Source of the DNA: Opitutales bacterium
Lineage (GTDB): Bacteria > Verrucomicrobiota > Verrucomicrobiia > Opitutales > UBA2987
Reading direction: 5' to 3'
DNA length: 64,000 nt
Assembly: GCA_965226885.1 (NCBI GenBank)
Contig: CBDDEL010000015.1
Location: 96,001-160,000, forward strand
Shown here: positions 34,301-45,600 of the stretch, piece by piece
How positions within the stretch are numbered: the stretch's first letter is position 1
Layout of the letters: each line of letters begins with the position of its first letter
Position numbers and translations under genes: made by a program
The notes under the pieces: model-generated
What the model was told of the DNA's origin: nothing
What the model saw: the letters and a program-made list of their open reading frames with translations, nothing else
Database searches by the model: none

Positions 34301-35113
34301 CATCTCATCGGCCCCCAAGGCACAATTGATCCCCACGCTGATCGGCCTGGCATGGGCAACCGAGTTCCAGAACGCCTCCACCGTCTGGCCCGACAAGGTG
34401 CGCCCCGAGGCGTCCGTAATGGTGACCGAAATCATCAGCGGTAACCTCTCCCGTCCGCTATCCCACAATTGCTCGATGGCAAACAAGGCCGCTTTCAAAT
34501 TAAGGGTGTCGAAAACGGTTTCCGGCAGTAGGATATCGACGCCGCCATCGACCAGCCCCCGGGCCTGCTCGCAGTAAGATTCCACCAGTTGGTCGAAAGT
34601 CACCGCCCGGAACCCCGGATTGTTCACATCCGGCGAGAGCGAAGCCGTCTTATTGGTCGGCCCCAGCGCCCCCGCCACAAAGCACTGGCGGCCGGGATTT
34701 TCCGCCACGAACTGATCGACCGTCTTCCGGGCCAGCTCGGCCGCGCTGCGATTGATTTCATAAGCCAGACCCTCCAACCCGTAATCGGCCTGGGCGATGC
34801 TCGTGCCGTTAAAAGTGTTCGTCTCGATAATATCCGAACCGGCCTCCAGAAAACCTCGATGGATGCGCTCGATAGCCTCCGGGCGCGTAATACAGAGCAG
34901 ATCATTGTCGCCCTTCAAGTCCTTTGGGTGGTCCTTGAAACGCTCACCCCGAAAATCCTCCTCCCCGAAATCGTATTTCTGGATCATCGTCCCCATCGCC
35001 CCGTCCAGCAGCAAAATGCGCTCTGCCAACAGCTTCTTTAGGGCAATCTCCCGCTCCGTCAGCACACGCCGACAGCCACCGGTAGCTTCTTCATTGAGGG
35101 CCGGGTTTTTCAT
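31358..35113 (-). CDS. metH: Cobalamin-dependent methionine synthase
   Basis: [38 protein letters not shown]; 1251 aa. Confidence 0.97.
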   Translation of the reverse strand: MKNPALNEEATGGCRRVLTEREIALKKLLAERILLLDGAMGTMIQKYDFGEEDFRGERFKDHPKDLKGDNDLLCITRPEAIERIHRGFLEAGSDIIETNTFNGTSIAQADYGLEGLAYEINRSAAELARKTVDQFVAENPGRQCFVAGALGPTNKTASLSPDVNNPGFRAVTFDQLVESYCEQARGLVDGGVDILLPETVFDTLNLKAALFAIEQLWDSGRERLPLMISVTITDASGRTLSGQTVEAFWNSVAHARPISVGINCALGADEMRPYIEELSWIADTFVSCYPNAGLPNAFGEYDDTPEHMAVVLADFAREGWLNLVGGCCGSTPDHIRAIARAVGDFKPRQIRDIAPASRYSGLEALNLKGSYAPFLMIGERTNVTGSARFRKLIKNEDFEAALDVARQQVENGANMIDVNFDDGLLDGPACMTTFLNQIGAEPDISRVPIMIDSSDWEVIEAGLKCAQGKCVVNSISLKGGEEEFLRQARLARRYGAAVVVMAFDEKGQAAGKEDKVKICRRAYRLLTEKAGLSATDIIFDPNILTVATGMEEHNDYAKNYLQAIPEIKAACPHVRVSGGLSNVSFSFRGNNVIREAMHSSFLYHGIQAGLDMAIVNAGMLAVYEEIPKDLLEKVEDVLFNRRKDATDRLLEFAEQVKGDGKKIDQKERLAWREETVEKRLSHSLVRGITAFIEEDTEEARVKYDRPLHVIEGPLMDGMKIVGDLFGAGKMFLPQVVKSARVMKKAVAYLMPYMEAEKESSQKSLSRGKIVLATVRGDVHDIGKKIVEVILSCNNYEVIDLGVMVPCEKILETARSRAADLIGLSGLITPSLGEMEHVAEEMARLGMDTPLLIGGATTSKLHTAIRIAPLYTGPVHHVIDASRVTEVCSHLLNAEKKEAYVQNTRQEYERLRIRQGKKDPVQLVSLAEAREGKIRIDWENASLVEPAQYGVQVFNDYPLEEIAGYVDWSPFFWAWDLRGVFPKILDHPRHGEQARELYTEAQEMFDDIIRKKRMRANAVIGLWPANSDGDDINIYSDTARSKTLGTLHMLRQQQEKLGGSPYLCLADFVAPKETGKTDTVGAFAVTAGSELDEWAASFEKDKDDYRSIMVKAIGDRMAEALAELMHKKVRDLLGYGKEEELSLQDLIKEKYRGIRPAAGYPTCPDHTQKQVIWDLLQAEKNAGIRLTETYAMYPASSVSGLYFASPESKYFRVGPIGLDQVEDYARRKGVTLEEAEKWLAPNLAFNTTLTSA

Positions 35114-35119
35114 TAATCA

Positions 35120-35143
35120 ATATATCCGTATATCTTGATATAT
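35120..35143. promoter_or_regulatory. Palindromic operator upstream of metH (SahR-like)
   Basis: ATATATC-CGTATATCTT-GATATAT; resembles the ATATC-N10-GATAT SahR box. Confidence 0.55.
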
Positions 35144-35298
35144 AAGTCAAGAGTTTTCTCTTAATTGCCAGTTATCGGTCATTTTCCAACATATTCTCCA
35201 TAATTTCCAAGAAGCGCCCGAAAAGTCCAAAATTATCTCAATTTCCTCATCCCCAGAAGCTCCGCCGCGTTCAGAAGCTCCGCCGCGTTCATGAGAGG

Positions 35299-35566
35299 CT
35301 TATACCACAAAAAAAGGAAAACGTCAATGGATAGGTTGGCTCCGTTTGATGCGTTTGAATAAACTTCGATTTTCGGGGTATTTTTCGCCAAAAAAACCAA
35401 ATTTCACCTAAAAAGCACCCTCCTGACAGATAAAAAACCGCCAATCACCGATAATATACCCCAAAATATCGTAAAACCGCAGATCGCACAGATAAACACA
35501 GTTAATAAAAAAGCATATTTACCACTACTGCATAATTATCTGTGTCCATCTGTGTAATCTGTGGTA
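35299..35566. repeat. Non-coding dispersed element copy 2 (leftward promoter TTGACG-17-TATAAG, GGCTCCGTT motif, empty CACAGAT hairpin at 35475-35566)
   Basis: Aligns with 818-1021; arms 35475-35506 and 35535-35566 are inverted, 25/32 matching. Confidence 0.75.
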
Positions 35567-35574
35567 AAAAATTA

Positions 35575-35603
35575 GGTAGTGTATTCCTACTTAATACACT
35601 ACC
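35575..35603. mobile_element. 29-bp IS1-B scar (both ends fused)
   Basis: GGTAGTGTAT + TCCTACTTAATACACTACC = the two IS1-B termini. Confidence 0.8.
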
Positions 35604-35823
35604 TAAAAAAGTATAAATATCATATAATTTCATATTTGTTCCGTAAAGAATGTAAACGCCGGGATGAAACCGGTACGGGGGTCGGGGTAAAACCGGTACG
35701 CTTGGAATAAGGTTTAGGTTAGTAATTGCAGGTACGTCAAGGTTTAGGGTTTGGGAGTTGGTTTTGGGGATTGGCTTGGGGTCGGTGAGGAGGCCGGAGG
35801 CCGACGAGCCGGGCCCAAGGCGT

Positions 35824-36591
35824 TTATTGTTTTGTGCCACGGCGACGGCGTCGAGCATCGCGCAAGCGGTAGCTTTGCCCGTTGGCTTCGAGGATATGCA
35901 CCCGATGGGTGAGTCGGTCCAGCAGAGCTCCGGTGAGCCGTTCGGAACCGAGCACTTCGATCTAGTTCTCAAAGGGCAGGTTGGTGGTGACGATGAGACT
36001 GGTGCGCTCGTAAGCGCGGCTGACCACGTCGAAGAGCAGTTCGGAACCGGTCTTGGAAAAAGGGACGTAACCGAGTTCGTCGAGGATGAGTAGGTCGAGC
36101 CTTTCGAGTTGCTTCATGAAGCGCTGCAGGTCGTGGTTGTCGCGTTGCTCGAGCATATGGGTAACCAGGGCGGTGACCCCGAAGAAACGGATCCGCCGGC
36201 CCTGGGCACAGGCGGCAAAGCCCAGGGCGGTGGCCAGGTGCGTTTTACCGGTACCGGCGTTACCGAGGAGCAGCACGTTTTCGCGCTGGTCGACATACTC
36301 CCCGCGCATGAGCTCTCGGATGAGCGCTTCGTTGATCGAGGGCTGCGCTTCAAAGGCGAAGCTCTCGAGGGTCTTGAGCACGGGGAAACGGGCGTTTTTG
36401 ATCCGCCGCTGGGCGGCCCGCTGTTCGCGTTCAATGAGCTCCCGTTCGACCAGATGCAACAAAAAGGCGGCGTAATCGAGCCGGTCCCGGGAACAAGCCG
36501 CGGCCACCGCCGGCCATTCGCGCAGGATGGTGGGCAACTTCAGTTTCTTGAGGTGATGGTGTAACAGCAGCTGGTTTTTTTCTTCCTTCAT
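35824..36591 (-). pseudogene. istB: IS21 helper ATPase with internal stop
   Basis: GNAGTGKTHLA, LDELGY; TAG at 35962-35964 where Trp is expected, frame continues ALLDRLTH...SYR. Confidence 0.88.
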
Positions 36592-38093
36592 AAAGCCCCT
36601 CCTGGAATCTTGAGCAGTTCGCTGTAGGCACCGAGGTCAGGGGCGGCCACACGGACGTGACGCAGGTGTGGATGGCCGTCCAGCCGGAAGGTTCTGCTCC
36701 CGTAGTCTTCCTGAGGATAGAGATACTGGGCGATGGCCTCACGAGTCAGTCCCCCCACCCGCAGGGCCGAGACGACGGCCTGCTGCAAGGCCGCCATGGG
36801 GTGTTTCTCCAACAGCCGCAGCACCCGGATATACTCCCGGGTGCCTTCGCCCCCGCATTGGCTTTCGAGCCGGCGTCTGAGGACCTGCAGGCACTGCGGC
36901 AACTGCCAGCCCGAGAGTGGGCGGGCGAAGTCCAAAGCGCCCGGTTTTTTCTCCAGCAAAGCCAGGTAGTGCACCGGCTCGAAAGAGACTTGCTCTTTAT
37001 CCCAAATGCGGCGGTGCCGGGCCACCTCTTGGCCCCCACAGAAGATCACCACCTGCCGACAGGACCCTTCCACCACCACCGGATGGTGGGCGCAGCGCAC
37101 CGGCACCGAATAGTCGTTGCACTCGAAGCGCACCAGCGAGAGGCTGCTGACGCAGGTCGAGCGTTTGCGGCTCGCTTCAAAGGGTATGGGCGGCAACGCC
37201 AGCATGACGGCGCGCTCCTCGGCCAGCAGTTCCTTTTTCACCGCCCTTTTCCCGCGTAATTTACGCTCCATGTCCCGCTCACATGCCTCCAACAGCTTTG
37301 CGTTGAGTTCCTCCAGGTCCCGAACCTGCGGTACCGGTACCAGGAAGTTGGCCCGGGCATAACGCACGATCCCCTCGACCACGCCCTTCTCGTTGGGCCG
37401 GGCGGGCAGACAGAAGTGTTCCTCGAACAGGTAATGGCTCTGTAGCTGCAGAAACCCGTCGGTCAGCTTGCGTTCACGCGAACCGATAATCTTACCCACC
37501 GCCACCTTCGAGTTGTCATAGCTGATGCGCCGGGGCACCGCCCCGAAAAACTCAAAAGCTCGCAGGTGCCCCTCCCAGAAGCTCTCCGTGCACTCCCGTT
37601 CGAACACCTGCACGAAAAAGGCATCGCTGTAGGGCAGGCTCATGGCAAAAAATGGCCGCCTACGCAATTGCCCCGCCTCCTTCACCAGGGCATGACCGAA
37701 GTCCACCTGTCCCTCCCCGGGGCGGTGCTCCAGCGGCACGAACACTTCCCGCCGCCTCGCTCGCAGCTCGGCCACCACCTCCTTGACCGCCGTGTAGCCC
37801 CCTTGGTAGCCCTTCTCCCGACCCAAACGCTGGTAGATCCGTTTGGCCGTATGGCGCTGCTTCTTGGGCACGTTCCGGTCCGCTTTGAGCACCTCCTCGA
37901 TCCAGCCCACATACGGATCGATCTTGCGCTCTCGCCTCTTCTTGCGCCGGTATCCCGGCGGCTGGGAATAGGCCAGCATCTTTCCCAGGGTCTCCCAGTG
38001 CAGTCCCTCTTCTCGCATTACAGAGCGCTTGCTCTGCTTGTCCCGCAGCACTTTGTGCCGCACTCTTGTCCATTGCTTCATATCTCGATACAC
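36588..38093 (-). CDS. istA: IS21 transposase
   Basis: GQVDFG, SYDN, EKGVVE, YSVP. Confidence 0.93.
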   Translation of the reverse strand: MYRDMKQWTRVRHKVLRDKQSKRSVMREEGLHWETLGKMLAYSQPPGYRRKKRRERKIDPYVGWIEEVLKADRNVPKKQRHTAKRIYQRLGREKGYQGGYTAVKEVVAELRARRREVFVPLEHRPGEGQVDFGHALVKEAGQLRRRPFFAMSLPYSDAFFVQVFERECTESFWEGHLRAFEFFGAVPRRISYDNSKVAVGKIIGSRERKLTDGFLQLQSHYLFEEHFCLPARPNEKGVVEGIVRYARANFLVPVPQVRDLEELNAKLLEACERDMERKLRGKRAVKKELLAEERAVMLALPPIPFEASRKRSTCVSSLSLVRFECNDYSVPVRCAHHPVVVEGSCRQVVIFCGGQEVARHRRIWDKEQVSFEPVHYLALLEKKPGALDFARPLSGWQLPQCLQVLRRRLESQCGGEGTREYIRVLRLLEKHPMAALQQAVVSALRVGGLTREAIAQYLYPQEDYGSRTFRLDGHPHLRHVRVAAPDLGAYSELLKIPGGAL

Positions 38094-38167
38094 TCCTCCT
38101 TTCTAGGATAAGCGTACCGGTTTTAAAGCGCCCTCTTTACCGTACCGGTTTTTCCCCGGCGTTTACA

Positions 38168-38937
38168 TTGGCGGCCGCCAGGTGAAAAACGCAGAGAAAG
38201 TCTTGAGTGTTTACGAACTCGATGTGCAGGTGATTGTGCGAGGTAAAGCGGGCCAAGAGGTCGAGTTCGGCAACACCCTGTTTTTGGGAGAAAGCGTTGA
38301 AGGGTACCTGCTGGACTGGAAACTCTACGGCAGCCGAACTCCAAGCGAAAATGAACAAATGCAAGAGAGTTTGCAAAGACAGAACCGCTTCAACCTGGAA
38401 GAACCCATAGCGGCCATGTGCGCGGACCGGGGATTTGCCTCCCAGCGGGCCCGCCGGCAGTTAGCCCAGGAGGGAATCTACGACGCGCTCTGTCCACGCG
38501 ATCCGAAGCAGTTGAAAAAACGGATGGAGGAACCACTGTTCAGACAATTGCAAAAGCGCCGGGCCAGCACCGAAGGGCGGATCGGGGTATTGAAGAATCG
38601 CTGGCAGGCCGGGCGGTTGCGCAGCAAAGGCTTTGCCAACCGCTCGATCAGCGTAGCCTGGTCGGTACTCTCGCACAACCTATGGAAAGTAGCCAAGATG
38701 CTGGCCCAGCAAGACGAACTAAAAACCAAAGCGGCGGCCTAGAGAGCGGAAAAGCAAGGACAATACTTTTTCACAGCCTTACTGTCGGCTCATACAAAGA
38801 AAACCAGGCAACCGGACCCCAAAACCAGTATCCTAACGTCATAGGAGAGCAAAGTTGATACTCTCCCAAATGCAAATACCTCTAAAATGAGCGCCTATCA
38901 AAAGCCCTCGCAAAAATCACCCTTTTGGGACAGCCTC
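38168..38937 (+). mobile_element. IS5/ISNCY-like element copy 2 (3' half only)
   Basis: Matches the 3' part of copies 1 and 3; starts mid-transposase at the IS21 end. Confidence 0.93.
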
Positions 38938-39001
38938 TAGGATAAGCGTACCGGTTTTAAAGCGCCCTCTTTACCGTACCGGTTTTTCCCCGGCGTTTAC
39001 A
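38938..39001 (-). mobile_element. Second IS21 left end (64 bp)
   Basis: Exact repeat of 38104-38167; followed by GTAAAGAA, which matches 35643-35650. Confidence 0.92.
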
Positions 39002-39355
39002 GTAAAGAACCCTTTTCGGGTTAACCTTATTCGACTTCTCACGGTATAATTGTTCCGTTTGCTGTTTCAAAATTTCAAGAGCTTCAGCTGCTTGTTCAGG
39101 AGAACCGTTAAAGTAAAGATCTCCTGCTCTATCGTAAAGGCTCTATCGTAAAGGCTATAGTAATCAGGTCTCTGCTCTTTATTGCAGCTAGAGAAACCTA
39201 ATACCAGCATTCCAATAAAACATATTCCTAATTTGGATAATTTCTTCATTTTCCTCTTAATACTTTTCAGACTGGATTATTAAGTGCTTTTTGATATTGT
39301 TGGCCCAACTAGCAAAAGGGGTTATAAGAACTCAATGTTCATAATTCATATTCTA

Positions 39356-41160
39356 GAGGCTGTCCCAAAAGGGTGATTTTTGCGAGGGCTTTTGATAGGC
39401 GCTCATTTTAGAGGTATTTGCATTTGGGAGAGTATCAACTTTGCTCTCCTATGACGTTAGGATACTGGTTTTGGGGTCCGGTTGCCTGGTTTTCTTTGTA
39501 TGAGCCGACAGTACGGCTGTGAAAAAGTATTGTCCTTGCTTTTCCGCTCTCTAGGCCGCCGCTTTGGTTTTTAGTTCGTCTTGCTGGGCCAGCATCTTGG
39601 CTACTTTCCATAGGTTGTGCGAGAGTACCGACCAGGCTACGCTGATCGAGCGGTTGGCAAAGCCTTTGCTGCGCAACCGCCCGGCCTGCCAGCGATTCTT
39701 CAATACCCCGATCCGCCCTTCGGTGCTGGCCCGGCGCTTTTGCAATTGTCTGAACAGTGGTTCCTCCATCCGTTTTTTCAACTGCTTCGGATCGCGTGGA
39801 CAGAGCGCGTCGTAGATTCCCTCCTGGGCTAACTGCCGGCGGGCCCGCTGGGAGGCAAATCCCCGGTCCGCGCACATGGCCGCTATGGGTTCTTCCAGGT
39901 TGAAGCGGTTCTGTCTTTGCAAACTCTCTTGCATTTGTTCATTTTCGCTTGGAGTTCGGCTGCCGTAGAGTTTCCAGTCCAGCAGGTACCCTTCAACGCT
40001 TTCTCCCAAAAACAGGGTGTTGCCGAACTCGACCTCTTGGCCCGCTTTACCTCGCACAATCACCTGCACATCGAGTTCGTAAACACTCAAGACTTTCTCT
40101 GCGTTTTTCACCTGGCGGCCGCCAATGATCCGCTCGTGCGCCTGTTTGATGACCACCGGGATTTGCTCGCTCATGCGCTCCATCCGGGCGAGGATCTGTT
40201 GGACCTGTTTTTCGCTGTAATCGCTTTGCTCCCAGCAGGCTTGCAATAATTCCCGGTGACTGCGGGCATGCTCCCCGATCCGTTTGAGCAGCTTTTTCAT
40301 CTGCCTCAAGATACCCTTGCGCTGCCGCTCGCTGTCCTTTCGCCGCCGGCTGTGGGTCATCTGTATGCACAGCCGATTCATCTGCCGAGCCAAGGGCTCC
40401 GGTTCGATCGGCATGCGATGGCGCACACCGGCCTTCTCGCGGATCAGCCGGATCGCTTTGAGCAACGTGCCGGCTACATCCTTGAGTAATACCCAGTCCG
40501 TCGGCCAATGAATGTTAGCCTCCAAACAGGTGCCGTCGATCAGGCAAATGGTGGTGTCAATCGGCTTGTCCAATCCCACCTGCCGGGCCAGAAGGGCATC
40601 GGCCACCACCTCAGTCAAGGTCCGGTGCAAGGCCCTCAACTGCTCTTCGCTGAAAAACTTCGAGGCCCGCTCCAGGGTGCTTTTGGAGATGCCCCTGATG
40701 CCATCGATCTGCCGGACACGGCAAAAGTCGGCCAACAGATCGCTGCTGCCCAGAGCCCGCGACAGATGCCGAAACGAAATCCCTCCGAGCAGACGGCCCA
40801 GCGTATCCATGCGCAGTGCCTTGATGGCAAAACTGGCCCGCTGCCGCCGGGCCTTTAGACCCATTGGCGGCCACCCCTCCAAGGCCTGCGATTCCACCTC
40901 CGAGTCGATCAGCAGCCGATCGATTCGATCAATGGTGGCGCGGAAGTTATCGTAATCGAGGCACCGGTCGACCACAGTTAAAGCTGGACGCAGGAGGCAT
41001 TGGATGGCTATATTTTTCATAGAAAGGGCTATATTGATTTTCGCTAACTCAATTATAGAACCCTTTTTTGGCCGGATCGAGCAAAAACTTGCTCTTTCCG
41101 GCTCTTTTTATCAACGTCATCCAGTTGACTATAAAATCTTTATATTTTTGGGACAGCCTC
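39356..41160 (-). mobile_element. IS5/ISNCY-like element copy 3 (489 aa transposase, 39551-41020)
   Basis: Full inverted ends; duplication TATTCTA; 12-bp in-frame deletion relative to copy 1. Confidence 0.95.
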
Positions 41161-41416
41161 TATTCTATGTGTCCAGAAACGTTTTTGAACCTATGAGTTC
41201 TTCTCAATCCTCCGTTTATCAATTCAATATGCAATTAAAAAACCGACCAGCCTCTCCGGCTGTGGAGGAGCGAATTTAAAAGCATCGCCTCTCGGTTCGA
41301 CTCTTGACAAAAACACTTTTTGTTTCCTTCCCATATTGACGATTCCGTTAAAAATCCCGCGAAAACCCCCGAAGAGTCATTATTTTAAAAACCGTGATGA
41401 AATTTCCACTTCATAA

Positions 41417-41488
41417 TACATGTTCATCCGTGAAATCCGTGGTCAAAAATATACCTCCCTACTCATCTGCGTTATCTGCGGTTCAAAA
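41417..41488 (-). repeat. Two right-arm copies of the 9-bp periodic repeat
   Basis: TGTTCATCCGTGAAATCCGTGGTCAAAA and CTCATCTGCGTTATCTGCGGTTCAAAA. Confidence 0.7.
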
Positions 41489-41594
41489 CATCCCCATCCT
41501 GACTAAAGACAGACGCCTCCGAAGCGCCCACTTCCTCCGCACCATCTGGTAATCGGGATTTTACTCCTCGACCTCAAGTCAGTTAAATACATAA

Positions 41595-42617
41595 ATGGCC
41601 GGTATTATGAAAAGTCGTATCACATTTAGAATTACCGTTATGGGAAAAATATTTTTTGCCCTGGCCGTTATTTTATTCGTTTTCACCTCCCGCGGCGGGG
41701 CGCAATTGACTGGCACCGTCGATGCTCAAAAAGGAGAGTTCTCCATCATAGCCATTCCCGACACACAGCGTTATGCCTACTACAATCCGGAACTTTTCTT
41801 TGCCCAGACAAAATGGATTGGGGACAACCGGGAAAATTTAAATATCCAGTTTGTCGTCCACCTCGGCGATATCGTCGATGAAAACACGGACGCCGAATGG
41901 AGGGTGGCGGATAAGGCCATGGGCACGCTAGATGGCGTCGTCCCCTACAGTGTCGCTCCCGGCAACCACGACATGAGCAAAATCAACGGGAAAGTCATTC
42001 ACAATTCGAGCAAGTATAACGCGATTTTCCCGCCCCTTCGATTCAAGGGAAATTCTTGGTATGGCGGGCACAAGGGCGTCACAAATGAAAACAATTACTG
42101 TTTTTTTCAAGCCGGGGGTCGGGAATACATGGTAGTGAGCCTGGAATACGGCCCTTCCGACGAGACCTTGCATTGGGCCAATGATTTGCTGCCCCGGTAT
42201 CCTCAAAAGCGGGTCATCGTAGTGACGCATTGTTATATGTATAACGATGATACGCGGTTGGGCGATGGCGATCGCTATAATCCCCACCATCACGACCCCA
42301 AATTCAACGATGGCGAACAAATGTGGGAAAAATTCGTGCGCCGCCATGAAAGCATTTTCCTCGTCCTCAGCGGCCATGTCAAAGGAGACGGGGCCGGACG
42401 CTTGATCAGCCAAGGCGATCATGGAAACCCGGTTTACCAGATTCTATCCAATTACCAGATGGCAGCCAACGGCGGCAATGGCTGGCTCAGAATCATGACC
42501 TTCGCCCCGAAGGATGAAAAGATCTTCGTTTCGACTTATTCGCCTTCTCTCGACCGCATGAACAAAGATTCAGAGCACGTCTTTGTCATCAACGAAAAGA
42601 CAATGGTATTTGAGTAA
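41595..42617 (+). CDS. Secreted calcineurin-like metallophosphoesterase
   Basis: PDTQ, HLGDIV, GNHD, SGH; signal peptide. Confidence 0.9.
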   Translation: MAGIMKSRITFRITVMGKIFFALAVILFVFTSRGGAQLTGTVDAQKGEFSIIAIPDTQRYAYYNPELFFAQTKWIGDNRENLNIQFVVHLGDIVDENTDAEWRVADKAMGTLDGVVPYSVAPGNHDMSKINGKVIHNSSKYNAIFPPLRFKGNSWYGGHKGVTNENNYCFFQAGGREYMVVSLEYGPSDETLHWANDLLPRYPQKRVIVVTHCYMYNDDTRLGDGDRYNPHHHDPKFNDGEQMWEKFVRRHESIFLVLSGHVKGDGAGRLISQGDHGNPVYQILSNYQMAANGGNGWLRIMTFAPKDEKIFVSTYSPSLDRMNKDSEHVFVINEKTMVFE

Positions 42618-42643
42618 TAACGCGAGGAACTTCAAAATTCCGG

Positions 42644-45600
42644 TTACAGAAGCTTGCCTATTACCTGCAGTGCGACCGAGAGGGTGGCAAAATCGAGAGG
42701 CTCCGATGCTTTCATGTCTTCCAGGCTTTTGAGAGCATGCTCGAAGCTATCCCGGTGTTTCTGCAGCCAGTGGGCGACAGCCTCAGCGGGGGAGCGCTTG
42801 CCGCCGCCATTGCGGGCGGTTATGCGGACCACCAAATCCCGCTGCAATTGATAAATGTTTTCCCGTAATGTGCCCCTGGCTACGGCTTGCCAGTGCCCTT
42901 CCACCTGCAAATTTTCAATTTGGCTGCGCAGCCAGTTCAATTGCACCTGCACACCGGCATCAAAATAGCAGGCGGCCAGCCATTCAAGATCAGCTGCGCC
43001 GCCGGCCGCCACTTCGGTAATATCGAGGGCCGAATACATGAACTCAAGACCGGCAATGCGCCTGGCAATATTCTCGGAAACGCCATTTTCTTGCAGCCCC
43101 TGCGCAGTGGTTATAAATTTCTCCGGCCTCGCCAGCAATTGGGAAAGTTTTCCTACCAAAACATCCATGCCCGGCTTGTAGGCCGACACCGCTTCCTGGA
43201 TATTCACACACCGCCCCGGTGATTGCAGCAACCAGCGCGTGACATGCTTGAGGTTGCGGCTGATGTCGACCATTATGCCGTATTGCATGGAGGCGTCGAT
43301 GGCATTGTCCAGGCTCTCGATTTCCTTCCAAAGCGATCTTGCGTCAAAAACCTCCCTGGCAATGGTATAGGCGCGCGTTATGCGGGCGATGTCGGCCCCC
43401 GTCTCCTCCTGCATGCGGTAGGCGAAGGTAGGCCCCATACGATGGGCCATGCTGTTGGTGGCCAGCATAACAATGATTTCCCGCCGCAGAGTATGGCTTT
43501 CCATCAGGTCCCTATAAGGTTTGTGCAGGGGCATGGGGAAATAAATCTCCAGTTCCTGCGCCAGATAGCTGTCTTCGGGCACGGACGACTCGATCAAATC
43601 ATTATAAGTGGTTATTTTGGCATAGGAGAGAAGCACCGACAATTCCGGCCGGGTCAGGCCCAGCCCGGCTTTTTTGCGTTCCTCTATGGTGGCGTCGGAC
43701 GGCAGGAATTCCAGTTCGCGATTGAGAAAACCGTCGCGCTCGAGCGCCCGGATGAGAAAGGCGTGCTCGTTCAGCCGTTCCACCGCGGTAGATTCCATCA
43801 TGCTGATGGCCTGGGTTTGCCGATAGTTGCCCAATACCACCAGAGAGGCCACTTCATCGGTCATTTCATGCAGGAGTTTTTTGCGTTCATCTTCTCCCAG
43901 GCTGCCTTGCAGCAGGGCTTTGTTGAGCAGGATTTTTATATTAACCTCCCGGTCCGAGCAATCCACGCCGCCCACATTGTCGATAAAATCGGCGTTGATG
44001 CGACCCCCCATGAGGGCATACTCGACCCGGCCCAATTGGGTGAACCCTAGGTTGCCGCCCTCCCCGACGACCTTGCAGCGCAATTGGCGCCCGTCAACGC
44101 GCAGGCCCTCATTGGCGTGGTCGCCCACCTCGGCATTGCTTTCGGTCGAGGCTTTGCAATAAGTGCCGATGCCTCCATTCCAAAGCAAGTCCGCCTCCAA
44201 CTTCAAAATAGCCCGGATGAGAGCATTGGGGTTAAGGGAAGCCTCCTCCAGACCCAGCATTTTTTGCAATATGCTGTTGAGGTGAATCTCTTTCTCATCG
44301 CGGGAAAAAACGCCGCCTCCCTTCGATATCAATCCCCCGTTATAGTCCGCCCAGGTGGAGCGGGGCAGCTTGAACAATCTTTCCCTCTCGAGGTAGCTTT
44401 TCTCCGGGTCCGGATTGGGATCGAGAAAAATGTGCATGTGATTAAAGGCCGCTTGCAGCTTGAGATGCCGGGATTGCAGCAAACCATTGCCAAAAACATC
44501 ACCGGCCATGTCGCCGATGCCCACCACCGTTATATCCTCCTTTTGTGGGTCCCTGCCCATTTCGCGAAAATGCCTTTTAGCCGATTCCCAGGCCCCTCGG
44601 GCAGTGATGCCCATCACTTTGTGGTCGTACCCGACCGAGCCGCCGGAAGCAAAGGCGTCGCCCAGCCAGAATCCGTATTGGTGTGAAATCTCGTTGGCGA
44701 TATCGGAAAAAGTCGCCGTGCCCTTGTCGGCGGCAACGACCAGGTAAGGATCGTCCCGGTCGAGGCACACGGTTTGCTCCGGTCTGAGGATGCCTTTTTC
44801 ATTGATATTGTCCGTCAGATCGAGCAAACCGCTGACAAACCCACGGTAGCATTGCACGACCTCCGCCATGACTTCGTTGCGGTCCCCCGTTGGGGGTAGC
44901 TGCTTGGCCACAAAACCGCCTTTGGCTCCGTCCGGCACGATTACCGTATTTTTCACTACCTGTGCTTTCATCAGGCCGAGAACCTCGGTGCGAAAGTCCT
45001 CCCGGCGGTCCGACCAGCGAAGCCCGCCCCGGGCGATCCGGCCTCCCCTCAGGTGAATGCCCTCGAACCTCGGTGAATATACAAAAATTTCGAACATGGG
45101 CCGGGGCTCGGGCAAGTTGGGTATCTGCCGCGGGTCCATTTTTATGGACAAGCACGGTTTGAATGCGCCCTTTTCCCCGGTCTGAAAATAATTGGTTCTC
45201 AGGGTGGCCTTGATGACATCGAAGAAGCTCCGCAATATGCGGTCTTCATCCAGGCTGCGAACTTTACGCAGGGATTGCTGGAAGGTTTTGGAGAGGGAAG
45301 AATCTTTCCCTTGGCGCTGCTTTTTGGTTATTTTTTTTGGCTCGAACCGGTTTTCAAACAACTGGATGAGCAGGCGGGCCACCTCGTGATTTGACTCAAG
45401 GGCCTTTTCCATATAGGCTTGGCTGAAAGGGACGCCGGTTTGCAAAAGGTATTTGCAATAAGCGCGTAGCAATGTGGTTTGGCGGCTGGTCAGCCGGGAG
45501 CGCAATACCAGTTTATTGAAGCCGTCATTTTCCATCAGCCCAAGCCAGGTCTGGATAAAGGCATCCTTGAATATCCCGTCCACCTCTTTTGTCTCGAAGG

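Larger units (their letters stand above)
35651..38167 (-). mobile_element. IS21-family element (istA intact, istB with nonsense mutation)
   Basis: Ends TGTAAACGCCGGG/CCCGGCGTTTACA with internal AAACCGGTACG repeats. Confidence 0.95.
35604..39249 (-). pseudogene. AT-rich lipoprotein broken by a 14-bp duplication, an IS21 block and the IS1 scar
   Basis: Lipobox FSSC; repaired frame reads YDRAGDLYFNGSPEQAAEALEILKQQ...KRVLY|GTNMKLYDIYTFL. Confidence 0.65.

Noticed and set aside
35144..35298. SAM or cobalamin riboswitch upstream of metH
   Set aside because: No recognisable conserved aptamer motifs seen by eye.
35502..35972. 156 aa ORF
   Set aside because: It crosses the IS21 end, the lipoprotein remnant, the IS1 scar and a repeat arm, so it is a junction artefact.
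41240..41310. tRNA suggested by GGTTCGACTC
   Set aside because: The T-stem does not pair and no cloverleaf or acceptor stem can be formed.
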